Shown: positions 1-8,730, counted from the stretch's first letter. The stretch is 64,000 nt of DNA from Candidatus Versatilivorator sp. (GCA_965207735.1 OZ242296.1:3552001-3616000), one strand, 5' to 3'. Notes: generated from the sequence alone by a model not told the origin. Numbers and translations are program-made.

Positions 1-63
1 CCCCAGCGGTTGATGGAGGGCCAGCAGAATTGCAAGAGCCCCAAGAGCGAGTTCTCTTCTCAT
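1..63 (-). CDS. N-terminus of a probable exported protein, truncated by the window edge
   Basis: ATG at 63 with GGGAGA upstream; translates MRRELALGALAILLALHQPLG, a signal-peptide-like sequence. Confidence 0.5.
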   Translation of the reverse strand, partial: MRRELALGALAILLALHQPLG

Positions 64-110
64 GACGGTCTCCCGATGCGTCAGTGGCTGATTGGAAAAA
101 GATTCCGAGC

Positions 111-827
111 CTACTTTAACTCGATATCGAAATATAATAATTTTTGTTTAGTTCTATTGTTTTCTACGTCAGAAATAATTATTTTATAGCTGGCCAACCA
201 TGACATCGTTCGAAAATCGCTCAAGCGCCGACTCTTGGGAAGCTGGAAAAAAACAAAACCCCAAGCCGTGGCCCTGGGGCGAATGCGGCGCTTGAGCGAT
301 TTTCGAATGATGTCGTCCTCGATTTCGAGAATCTGTTTTTCCACGCGGCTCAGGCCCCTGCCAAAGGGGGACCTTGGCCGGGGAGTCGTGCCGAGACCCC
401 ACCGGCGACGACGGTCTTGTCTCAGGATCATGTCTACCACTTCTTTGGGCGGCAGGGCCTGCAGAGACCCATATTGGGGATCCAGCAAGGTGATGCTCGC
501 GCGGTCGACGGAAAGCGCGTCAGAGCCCTGGTTGCTGATGATGAGGTTGATCGGAACCAACCCCAGTTTGGCGAGTCCTTTCACGTCGAAGGCGGTCCGT
601 ATCCTGGTCTCCGATAGATAGGGGTCGGCGGCGATGGTCACCGGCCCCTGGCTTTGACGAGAGGCGTAGCCTTCCACCGGGCCGACCTTGACGGCCAGAT
701 TCTTGTAGTCCCCCCAAGCCGACCACGCCGGCAGCAAGCACCAGAGGAAGAGAAAAGAAACTTGGCGGAGGGCGGTTCGTCCGTCCGGGCGGCGATGCGG
801 CATTCCGATGGCCCCGATCCCTTTCAT
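111..827 (-). CDS. hypothetical exported protein
   Basis: 238-aa ORF with hydrophobic signal-like segment (FLFLWCLLPAWSAWG); no family recognised; start uncertain. Confidence 0.65.
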   Translation of the reverse strand: MKGIGAIGMPHRRPDGRTALRQVSFLFLWCLLPAWSAWGDYKNLAVKVGPVEGYASRQSQGPVTIAADPYLSETRIRTAFDVKGLAKLGLVPINLIISNQGSDALSVDRASITLLDPQYGSLQALPPKEVVDMILRQDRRRRWGLGTTPRPRSPFGRGLSRVEKQILEIEDDIIRKSLKRRIRPRATAWGFVFFQLPKSRRLSDFRTMSWLASYKIIISDVENNRTKQKLLYFDIELK

Positions 828-942
828 GAGTCCGAGCCCGCATTTCTCCCGGGGTCGCCGGCAACCAGCAGGCTGGGGTTCCTCTCTCCTGATGCCGGGT
901 TGGGGTTGCGGGATGCTTCATTATACCCGGTTCCGCACGAGG

Positions 943-1785
943 TCAGGGCAACGGGGAGTCCAGGCCCTGCAGAACGCCCTGAAGATAACCGATGGCTCTG
1001 GCCGCTGCCGTGCTTCCGTCGGGCCTGTATTCGAAGGGTTCCACCGATACCAGGCCTTCGTACCGGTGCCGCCGCAGGGCTTGCAGGATCGGGCCGAAGT
1101 TGAGGTCACCCTGGCCCGGAGCCAGCCCGCTGGGATCGTTCAGGTGCACGTGGGCGATGGCTCCCGAAGGAAGCCATCGATCCACCAACTGCGGGAGGGA
1201 GGCCGATTCCGAGTGAGACGCGGCCCGGGTGTCGAGCATGGTGCGCAGCGAGGGGTTGCCCACGGCCTCCATCATGTCGACGGCCACGCCGATGGTGTTG
1301 ATGAAGTTGGTGTCGTGCGCCGCCAAGGGCTCGATGCAGTAGACGACGCCGGCTTGAGAGGCCCGGCCGGCGATGGTTGTCCAGAGATCGCGGGCACGAT
1401 TCCAGGCTTCCAGGGGATCGTCGTGCGCCGCCACCTGGCGTTGCTTGGGAGAGCCGTGAACCAGCACCCTGCCGCCGAGGTCGGCGCAAAGGTCGACGAG
1501 TCGCCGGAGGACATCGACGGTCGTCTGGCGGAGGGCGGGGTCGGCAGCGGTGATCGACAGTCCCGGTGGTGTCAGAAGCAACCAGTGGAGACCGGTGATG
1601 GATATGCCGGCATCGGCAGCCGCCCGGCGGAGCTGGGTCCGTTGGTCGGCCGAGAGGAGATGAGGTTCCTCTCCCAGGGTGAAGGGAGCCAGCTCCAGAC
1701 CGCTATACCCGAGCGCCGCGACCTGTTCGCACTGGGCCGGGAACGTCAGGTCTCGGAGGACTTCGTTGCAGAGTGCGAATTTCAT
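943..1785 (-). CDS. sugar phosphate isomerase/epimerase (xylose-isomerase-like TIM barrel, D-tagatose 3-epimerase-like)
   Basis: MKFALCNE start, GLELAP, IEPL...NFIN, MLDT, HVHLND...PGQG, VSVEPF metal-binding motifs. Confidence 0.85.
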   Translation of the reverse strand: MKFALCNEVLRDLTFPAQCEQVAALGYSGLELAPFTLGEEPHLLSADQRTQLRRAAADAGISITGLHWLLLTPPGLSITAADPALRQTTVDVLRRLVDLCADLGGRVLVHGSPKQRQVAAHDDPLEAWNRARDLWTTIAGRASQAGVVYCIEPLAAHDTNFINTIGVAVDMMEAVGNPSLRTMLDTRAASHSESASLPQLVDRWLPSGAIAHVHLNDPSGLAPGQGDLNFGPILQALRRHRYEGLVSVEPFEYRPDGSTAAARAIGYLQGVLQGLDSPLP

Positions 1786-1815
1786 CCAGGTTCTCCTTGG
1801 GGGGCGCCGTGCCTT

Positions 1816-2184
1816 CTACCTGAGAGCCAGTTGAAGGATGGAAAGCAGGCTGGCGCCCGTGAAAGGCTTTGGAAGGAAGAGGATACAGCCTGAGGAAAAA
1901 CTCTTTTGGAGCATGCCGGGCTCGCTGCTGGCAGTGATCGTGATTACCGGCAGGTCCTTCATATTGGGGTCGGCTTTGATTGTTTCCGTCAACTCGGGGC
2001 CGTCCAGGCCCGGCATGAGCACGTCGGTGATGATGGCGTCGAACCTCGATCGCCTCAATCTGTCCAGGGCCTGTCGACCGTCGCCGGCCGTGGTCACGCG
2101 GTAGTTCTTTTGGGTCAGAATCGTCCGGACCAACGCCAGAATATGGGGATCGTCGTCCACAACCAGAATGTGTTTGGGGTCCAT
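1816..2184 (-). CDS. single-domain response regulator (CheY-like receiver)
   Basis: ILVVDDD, TDVLMPGLDG, LPKPF motifs; start placed at MDPKH. Confidence 0.88.
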   Translation of the reverse strand: MDPKHILVVDDDPHILALVRTILTQKNYRVTTAGDGRQALDRLRRSRFDAIITDVLMPGLDGPELTETIKADPNMKDLPVITITASSEPGMLQKSFSSGCILFLPKPFTGASLLSILQLALR

Positions 2185-2279
2185 GGGCGGATTCGAGATG
2201 GAGGGTTGGGGCCGGGGAGCGGCCAAAGGAGGGAGAATACGCACCATTGTAGCCGACATCGCGTGGGAAAGGGAGCGGA

Positions 2280-3164
2280 TCAACAGATCTTGCCGATGGC
2301 GGCCAGCATTCTTCCGGTGCTCCCTCGGTCCCCCCGGTAGGAATAAAAGGCGTTTCGATTGCAGCAGGTGCAGGGTGGACGGCTGAAGATGCTTTTGTCA
2401 GGGAGCCCCGCGGTTTCCAGTTGGCAGCGGCAAGCAGCCGACAGGTCCAGCAGGCGCCGGGTGTTTCCGGGATCGTGTGAAGGCCCGGTTCCGGGGGAGA
2501 GGGCCCGCCCGGGAGATTGCAAGTCCCGCCACAACTCGGGCCGGCCGGGAAAAGCCTCCTCGAAGGGCGCGGCCACATCCCGGCCCACTTCATAGCAGCA
2601 GGGGCCGATCGAGGGCCCGATGACGGCCAGGCAGTGCTCCGGATCGGAGGCATATCGGGACTGCATGCGCTCCAGGGTTCTGGGAACCACCCCTGCCAGG
2701 ATGCCTCGCCAACCGGCGTGGACGGCCGCCAGGATCCGTTTCGACCTGTCGACGATGAGCACGGGAAGGCAATCGGCCACCTGCACGGCCAAAAGCAGTC
2801 CGGGGCGATGGGTAATCAGGGCGTCTCCCTCTGCCGGCGGGGTTCCCGGCGCCAACCGGTCCAGGCAAACGACGCCGTCGGAATGGCATTGGCGCAGCCG
2901 AACCAGGGCCATGTCCCTTCCGGCCAAGCCGGTGACAGAGTCGGTCTGAATCGGGAGGGGTTTGACATCTTCTCCGGATTGCCCGAAACTCGAAGCGCTT
3001 GGCACCGGGCGGTCCCGGGAGAAGCGGTTTCGCAGGCTGAATCCGTGAACCAGCCACGGACAGGCTGCCAGCGCCGGGTGCTGCAGGAATAGACCGCCGG
3101 GGCCCAGGTCATAAGGGTCTCCTCTGTGACGAGGCAAAAGGGTCGTGATCGTCGGAACCGGCAT
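2280..3164 (-). CDS. pgeF: peptidoglycan editing factor PgeF / YfiH laccase-domain protein
   Basis: WLVHGFS, QCHS, GDALIT, VADCLP, HAGWRG, GPSIGPCCYEVG, FYSYR; start uncertain (ATG 3164 or TTG 3137). Confidence 0.9.
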   Translation of the reverse strand: MPVPTITTLLPRHRGDPYDLGPGGLFLQHPALAACPWLVHGFSLRNRFSRDRPVPSASSFGQSGEDVKPLPIQTDSVTGLAGRDMALVRLRQCHSDGVVCLDRLAPGTPPAEGDALITHRPGLLLAVQVADCLPVLIVDRSKRILAAVHAGWRGILAGVVPRTLERMQSRYASDPEHCLAVIGPSIGPCCYEVGRDVAAPFEEAFPGRPELWRDLQSPGRALSPGTGPSHDPGNTRRLLDLSAACRCQLETAGLPDKSIFSRPPCTCCNRNAFYSYRGDRGSTGRMLAAIGKIC

Positions 3165-3522
3165 TGACCTTGTCGAGATCGGAAAGCTGAGAGCAGCCAT
3201 GGAGCGGCGGGGTGACCGCTTGCGGAACCGGATTTTCACGCCGGACGAGATCCGCTATTGCGACCGGCGCCCCAACCCCTTCCAACACTACGCAGCCCGT
3301 TTCGCCGCCAAGGAGGCTCTCTTCAAGGCTCTCGGGACGGGATGGAGCGGTGGGGTGGGTTGGCGTGATGCCGAAGTTCGCAACCGGACCAGCGGGAAAC
3401 CGGATCTGCTGCTCTCCGGCAAAGCCCTGGAGGTGGCTCGCCAATTGGGGGCGGCTCGCTACCGGGTCAGCCTGTCCCATACCGATCGCTACGCCGTGGC
3501 CCAGGTCATCCTCGAGGACTGA
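3145..3522 (+). CDS. acpS: holo-[acyl-carrier-protein] synthase
   Basis: GTGIDLVE, ARFAAKEA..KALGTG, GKP, VSLSHT motifs. Confidence 0.95.
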   Translation: MIVGTGIDLVEIGKLRAAMERRGDRLRNRIFTPDEIRYCDRRPNPFQHYAARFAAKEALFKALGTGWSGGVGWRDAEVRNRTSGKPDLLLSGKALEVARQLGAARYRVSLSHTDRYAVAQVILED

Positions 3523-4894
3523 AGGCCCCGCTTTCCGGGGTGGCTGAAGCGAAAGCGGCGACTCCTTTCGGGGTGAGTCCCGTGACTCGCACCTGCAACA
3601 GTCGATTGGGCCGCGATTCAGCGCCGGCCACTTCGACCTGCAGGAAATTGGAGCTCAGGGCTCGCCGGGTCGTCTGTGAAGGTCCGTCCTGGAGAGTGAT
3701 CACCGGCAGATCGCGCCCCACCTGGGATTCCCGAAAGCGCCGGTTCTTGAGTTCCCCCAGCGTCCGCAACTCCAGGCTTCTCGAGGCCGCCACCGATTTG
3801 GGCACCTCCGGCTCGAGTTGGGCCGCGGCGGTGCCGGGTCGCCGGGAGAAGGGAAACACATGCAGGTAGGTCAGGGGTGAATTCCGGATCAAGTCCCGTG
3901 TCAGGGCATGATCTTCCTCAGTCTCTCCAGGGAAACCAACCATCACGTCGGCTCCGATCGCCGCTTCGGGAACCCGCCGCCGGATCTTTTTCAGCAGGTC
4001 CAGGTAGCGGGCGGCTCGGTAGGGCCGCCGCATGAGACCCAGAATGCGGCTGGAGCCGCTCTGCAGCGGAACATGAAAGTGCTTGGCCATCCTGGGAGAG
4101 GTCGCTACCAGCTCGATGATCTCGTCGGTGACTTCCAGGGGTTCGATGGAACTGAGTCGCAACCGTCTCAGGGGCTCTTCCTGAAGGAGCCGTCGGATCA
4201 GACCTGCCAGACGGGCGCCGGGCTGCAGGTCTCTTCCGTAGCCTCCCAGGTGGATGCCGGTCAGCACGATTTCCTTGTAGCCCTGATTCATCAGGTGACG
4301 GCTCTGCCGAAGCACCTCCTCCAGGGGCAGGCTGCGCGAGTCGCCTCGCACATACGGAATCACACAATAGGAACATCGATAGCTGCAGCCGTCCTGCACC
4401 TTCAGAAAAGCCCGGGTTCGGTCTCCCCCCGACATGTCGGCAATGGATCGCAGCTCCCGGGACTCGAAGATGCTGCTGCAGTAAACCTCGGCGCCGCCGG
4501 GCAGTCGTGCCTCTGCCTCGGCGCAATCGGCGGGAACGTGGACGGGCAGGTGTTTTTCCGTGACCAGAGCAGCCAGTTGCTGTTTGTGGGAGTTGCCCAC
4601 CACGCAGCTGACACCCTCCATTCGGGCGATTTCCTCGGGCGCACGCTGAGCGTAACAACCGGTGACCACGATGCGGGCGCCGGGGTTTTGGCGGTGAATC
4701 CTCCGGATCGCCTGACGGGCCTGGGCATCGGCAGTCCGAGTGACGGTGCAAGTGTTGATGACTACGACGTCTGAGGCCTCTCCCTTGCGACTCTTCTCCA
4801 GGTTCTTCCGAAGAAGCGCTTGCTCGAGGGCAGCTCCATCCGACTGGCTGGCCCGGCAGCCGAAGTTGAGGACCGAAAATGTTGGGTTTCCCAT
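3506..4894 (-). CDS. mtaB: tRNA t6A37 methylthiotransferase MtaB (radical SAM)
   Basis: NFGCRASQ, INTCTVT, VTGCYAQ, KVQDGCSYRCSYC, IVLTGIHLGGYG, YLHVFPFSRRPGT; start placed at MGNPTF. Confidence 0.9.
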   Translation of the reverse strand: MGNPTFSVLNFGCRASQSDGAALEQALLRKNLEKSRKGEASDVVVINTCTVTRTADAQARQAIRRIHRQNPGARIVVTGCYAQRAPEEIARMEGVSCVVGNSHKQQLAALVTEKHLPVHVPADCAEAEARLPGGAEVYCSSIFESRELRSIADMSGGDRTRAFLKVQDGCSYRCSYCVIPYVRGDSRSLPLEEVLRQSRHLMNQGYKEIVLTGIHLGGYGRDLQPGARLAGLIRRLLQEEPLRRLRLSSIEPLEVTDEIIELVATSPRMAKHFHVPLQSGSSRILGLMRRPYRAARYLDLLKKIRRRVPEAAIGADVMVGFPGETEEDHALTRDLIRNSPLTYLHVFPFSRRPGTAAAQLEPEVPKSVAASRSLELRTLGELKNRRFRESQVGRDLPVITLQDGPSQTTRRALSSNFLQVEVAGAESRPNRLLQVRVTGLTPKGVAAFASATPESGAFSPRG

Positions 4895-5034
4895 TGAAGA
4901 AATTCCGAAAGTTCCTAGACGTGGCTGACCGGCACGCCCGAGCTCGGCCAGGGTCCCGGGGCAGTCCTCGGGATTGCCCGCTCCGGGGTCGCGATCCCGG
5001 CAAGTCACCCCTGATCGCAACCTGACCCTGCTCG

Positions 5035-5072
5035 TTGACAGCTTGAAGCCGCCGCACTAAATTCCCTATAAT
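5035..5072 (+). promoter_or_regulatory. sigma70-type promoter(s) for lepB
   Basis: TTGACA(5035)-N17-TAAATT and overlapping TTGAAG(5043)-N18-TATAAT(5067). Confidence 0.55.
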
Positions 5073-5123
5073 AGCAGAACCGATTCAGAGGAGTTCCCGC
5101 CATTGCGGGGCTTTGGGGGATGG

Positions 5124-5864
5124 ATGCCCGAGGAGACCGAAAATCTCATTCAAGACCGCCCGGTCGAGGAGCGGGCCAACCTGAAACCAGGGACCCCACG
5201 GCGCAAGAGCGCGGCCCGTGAGTGGCTCGAAAGCTTGGCGTTCAGCCTGGTTTTCGTGTTCTTCTTCACCAAATTCATCGCTCAGGCCACTCAGGTGCCG
5301 ACCGAGTCGATGAAGCCCACGATTCTGGTTGGGGATCATTTCTTTCTGGACAAGTTCGCCTTCCCCGCCAACTACCCGGATTTCCTCCTGAACATTCTTC
5401 CCGATCGGGAGATAGAGCGGGGAGATATCGTGGCCTTCAAGCCTCCTCATGATCCCAGCGTGCCCTTCATAAAGCGGGTGATCGGCCTTCCCGGCGAGAC
5501 CCTGGAGGTCAGGGACAGGGCAGTCTTCATCGACGGCAGCAGACTCGAGGAGCCCTATCAGTACTTCGACCTGGAGGAGGACCGTTACGCGCCCAAGGAT
5601 TACCACGGACCGGTCCTGATTCCGCCGGACCACTACTTCATGATGGGCGATAACCGGGACAATAGCCACGACAGCCGGTATTGGGGACCGGTGCCAAGCA
5701 GAAACATCATCGGGAAACCCCTGTTTATCTACTGGTCCTACGACGACGACCCTTACGATCCCACCCCCAAATCCGTTCTGCAGCACGCCAGTGAATACGG
5801 AAGCAAGGCCCTCAACTTCTTCAGCAGAACCCGCTGGTCCCGAACCGGTATGGTCTTGAAGTAA
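5124..5864 (+). CDS. lepB: signal peptidase I
   Basis: TM segment, VPTESMKPT (catalytic Ser), FIKRVIGLPG (Lys), MGDNRDNSHDSRYWG. Confidence 0.95.
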   Translation: MPEETENLIQDRPVEERANLKPGTPRRKSAAREWLESLAFSLVFVFFFTKFIAQATQVPTESMKPTILVGDHFFLDKFAFPANYPDFLLNILPDREIERGDIVAFKPPHDPSVPFIKRVIGLPGETLEVRDRAVFIDGSRLEEPYQYFDLEEDRYAPKDYHGPVLIPPDHYFMMGDNRDNSHDSRYWGPVPSRNIIGKPLFIYWSYDDDPYDPTPKSVLQHASEYGSKALNFFSRTRWSRTGMVLK

Positions 5865-5926
5865 TCCGCCGACCGCACGGATCTCACGCCTCCCGGTGAG
5901 AAATGCGGGCCAGCCCGCATTTCTCA

Positions 5927-6795
5927 GTGCGCCATGGAAAGGCGCCTTCTTCCAACGGGTGCGAAACCCGTCCAACAACTGTCGCTCCGGTTGGTAGCAG
6001 CCAGGGCGGATCATGGAGGTAACGATATGGTCTGAAGCCCTCTGGTGTCAAAGGGCCGCTTAAGGCGGTTCAGCGAGCATGCGGGCCGGAACGCGAGTGA
6101 ACGTCGAGCAGGCCTCGAAACGGGCAATGCGGGGGCCGACCCACCTGAGAAATGGGGAAGGCCGAAGACGGAGGGGGAAGCGAGCGACGCGGGCACCCCT
6201 TTGGACCCGCCGGGGTAGTGGCGCTGGCACGCATGGAAGGGGAAGAAGGCAGCAACATGGGAAGCCCTGTGGGTGGTGAGGCACGCACCGAACCGGAAGC
6301 TCGCGAGAGTCAGTCTAGGCCGACAGGGTGGCGGAGAGGCCTGTAGTACCGGAGAAGCCGGGTAATACCGGTGGAGGGAAGGGGCCTCAGGTGAGGAGCG
6401 GTGACCGAAGGGGGAAGGGTCCCGGGAGTGGCGAAAGCCTGAAACCCCGACCAAAAAAGGGCCGGAGACTCCGGAAGCATCACATGCAAAAGTGAAAGGG
6501 TCGTCGGAGGAGGACGGCGTCGTCAGGGCATCAACAGGCCTGGCGGCAACCCGGGAGCGGAAGTGGATGGAGTGGGGGACGGGTGCCAATCCCATAGGAG
6601 TCGTCCACGGATGCGAGCGGGGACCTGTGTGCGAGACGCATGATCCCACTGGAGAGCCGAGATGCGGGAAAACCGCACGTCCGGTTCGGAGAGCGGGGAC
6701 TGGAAACGTGATAAGGGAGCCGGACTGAGGCCCGAAGCGAAAGCGACGGAATAGCCACCGGACCCTATAGTCAACGCGCCAGTCCTCGACTCTAC
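5927..6795 (+). ncRNA. ORF-less group II intron (IIB-like)
   Basis: 5' GTGCG; alpha TCGCTC (5982) / alpha' GAGCGA (6182); EBS1 loop TGAGAAA (6146-6152); DIII-like GGAGAGGCCTGTAGTACCGGAGAAGCCGGGTAATACCGGTGGAGGGAAGGGGCCTC; DV GAGCCGAGATGCGGGAAAACCGCACGTCCGGTTC (6654-6687, AGC triad); DVI ending CGACTCTAC with bulged A6789; DIV only about 250 nt, no RT ORF. Confidence 0.93.
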
Positions 6796-6903
6796 CCAGG
6801 CCGCTGGTGCCTTGACGAAAAGTAGTTTATCTTCAGTACGTTGATTGGCTCCATGGTAAGGACTTGCGGGTAACAGACGGCGCTGGGCATGCCCTGGCTT
6901 GTC

Positions 6904-6986
6904 TTTTTCCCTTCAGCGCGCACATGCTCCCTCGCGCGTAGTGACCGCTACGCTCTTCGGTCGCGAGCACGCGCTGAAGGGAAAAA
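6904..6986. repeat. hairpin with perfect 17-bp arms nested in the MITE
   Basis: TTTTTCCCTTCAGCGCG (6904-6920) and CGCGCTGAAGGGAAAAA (6970-6986); absent from the 27.1-kb copy. Confidence 0.75.
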
Positions 6987-6999
6987 CCCTGCGCCATGA

Positions 7000-8463
7000 T
7001 CATGCCCCCTGGTGAGAAATGCGGGCCAGCAACCTGTCGGCGCACTGCTCGGCCCGCCGAACACAGTCCGGGATGCCAATGCCGGTGAGCCCGTTTCCGG
7101 CCAGTTGCAGGGATGGCCATTTGAGCGTCCGGCTCTCTATCCGGGCCACCAAGTCGAGGTGGCCGACGCCATACTGGGGTATGCCCTCGGGGTGGCGTTC
7201 CACCCGGCTTAGCAGAGGAGCGCGAGTGATGCCCAGCAAATCTCCAAGGGTCCGCCGGACCCGTGCAATCAACTCCCGATCGTCACACTCCAGCGTTTCC
7301 GGGTGCAGCGCTCCGCCCACGAAGGCTCGCAAGAGCGCCCCGCTCCCGGGGGCGCGTCCGGAAAACTTGCGGTGGCTGTAGCTGCAGGCCAGCATCGCCC
7401 CCTTTTCCACGGCCGGAACCAGGAAGCCAAACCCATCCATGGCGGCGGGAATGTCCTCGGCCGAGTAGGCCAGGTTTACGGTTGCCGTGGGGGCGTGTTC
7501 CACGCTTCTCAACTTTGCCGCCAGGTCGGGATCCAGCACCTCCAACAAACCGGCCGAGCGGTGGGCCGGAAGGGCAAGACAGATCCCGTCGGCCTGGATC
7601 GGAGCCCCCTTCTCCAGCTCGATCTCCCAAGTGCGGGTCTGGTCGTGCCGCCGCAGCGAGACTACCTTGCAACCCAAACGGATCGACGGGGCCGGAATGC
7701 TTTCCACCAGCCGCTCCACCAGCCGTTGCATCCCCTGATCCAGGGAGACGAAAAGACCATAGCGAGGTCCGGCAGGGTGATCCGCCGCCGGAGACGGTTG
7801 CCGCTTGCGATCCCGCCACATGGCCAGCAGGAGGCTGCGGTGCCGTTGTTCCATTTCGAGGAACTGAGGGAAGGTTGCCCTCAGACCCAGCTTTTCCGGA
7901 TCGGCGGTATAGATCCCTCCCACCAGCGGCTGGGCCAGCCGTTCCAGGGCCTCGCTTCCAAGGCGGCGCCGAACGAATGCGGCCAGGCTCTCATCCTCGC
8001 CGGTTGAAAGGAACCGCCGGCGCGGCAGCACGAGATCGGCCGCCATGCGGATCTTGCCCGCCCAACTCAGAAGAGGCGAGGCGGCAAAGGATCCGAATCG
8101 ATAGGGAGCGATCAGGTGGAACCCCTCCGGAACAGGCAGCAGTTTCCCGCCCCGCAGGATGAAGGTCCTGCGATGGAGGGGAGAGGTGCCGATGAGGCTC
8201 GGCTCCAGACCCAGGCGGCGGCAGAGATCCACCGCCCAGGGCTTTTCGGAAATGAAGGAGTCGGGCCCGCCTTCCAGCAGATATCCTTGCTCCCTTACGG
8301 TGTGGATCACTCCCCCCAGGCGCCGGCCCGCTTCCAACAAGTCCAGGCGGATGGCTTGATTCAGCCGTGAGGCTCCTTCCAGCAACCGATGAGCCGCGGC
8401 CAACCCGGAGATTCCTCCACCAACCACAACCAGCCGGTACGAAGGCTTTGACCTGGAGTTCAC
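7000..8463 (-). CDS. hemG: protoporphyrinogen/coproporphyrinogen oxidase (HemY/HemG family)
   Basis: VVVGGGISGLAAA FAD motif, EGGPDSF, GGIYTADP, GFGFLVP, PQYGVGH, GIGIPDCV; GTG start at 8463 assumed. Confidence 0.92.
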   Translation of the reverse strand: MNSRSKPSYRLVVVGGGISGLAAAHRLLEGASRLNQAIRLDLLEAGRRLGGVIHTVREQGYLLEGGPDSFISEKPWAVDLCRRLGLEPSLIGTSPLHRRTFILRGGKLLPVPEGFHLIAPYRFGSFAASPLLSWAGKIRMAADLVLPRRRFLSTGEDESLAAFVRRRLGSEALERLAQPLVGGIYTADPEKLGLRATFPQFLEMEQRHRSLLLAMWRDRKRQPSPAADHPAGPRYGLFVSLDQGMQRLVERLVESIPAPSIRLGCKVVSLRRHDQTRTWEIELEKGAPIQADGICLALPAHRSAGLLEVLDPDLAAKLRSVEHAPTATVNLAYSAEDIPAAMDGFGFLVPAVEKGAMLACSYSHRKFSGRAPGSGALLRAFVGGALHPETLECDDRELIARVRRTLGDLLGITRAPLLSRVERHPEGIPQYGVGHLDLVARIESRTLKWPSLQLAGNGLTGIGIPDCVRRAEQCADRLLARISHQGA

Positions 8464-8669
8464 GGGAGAATGACCGCCTTGAGGGAGAGAGGTGGAATGT
8501 GCAGAAGCCGTCAATTCGACACTATAGGAGGCGGTCGATGGCACTGTCAAACCGGTTGAGGGGACGCAAATGCGCTTTCCTGGGCGCCAGCCGGGACCGT
8601 TCCGGTCCTCCCTGCGAAGAGGGTTTGCAACCCTTGGCCGGCAGCGCTTGCGGCCTTCCGGCTGACGCC

Positions 8670-8697
8670 TTGACATTGTCTTCAATCCCCTCATAAT
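8670..8697 (+). promoter_or_regulatory. sigma70-type promoter for secA-guaB
   Basis: TTGACA-N16-CATAAT, 33 bp upstream of the secA start. Confidence 0.55.
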
Positions 8698-8730
8698 TAA
8701 GATTTCCGACGGCAAGGCAAGGGGCCATTC

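Larger units (their letters stand above)
5914..7025. mobile_element. MITE-like element with 18-bp TIRs and flanking CCAG direct repeats; left TIR interrupted by a group II intron
   Basis: Left TIR CCCGCATTTCTCA|CCAGG (5914-5926 + 6796-6800); right TIR CCTGGTGAGAAATGCGGG (7008-7025); CCAG at 5910-5913 and 7026-7029; interior 6801-6897 aligns to the reverse complement of 27144-27273. Confidence 0.8.

Noticed and set aside
6011-6774. ORFs overlapping the intron (212 aa minus, 78 aa plus and others) as an intron-encoded protein
   Set aside because: No RT motifs (no YADD); they are chance frames across structured RNA
6904-6986. Bidirectional terminator between lepB and hemG
   Set aside because: The T-tract precedes the stem on both strands, the opposite of terminator geometry
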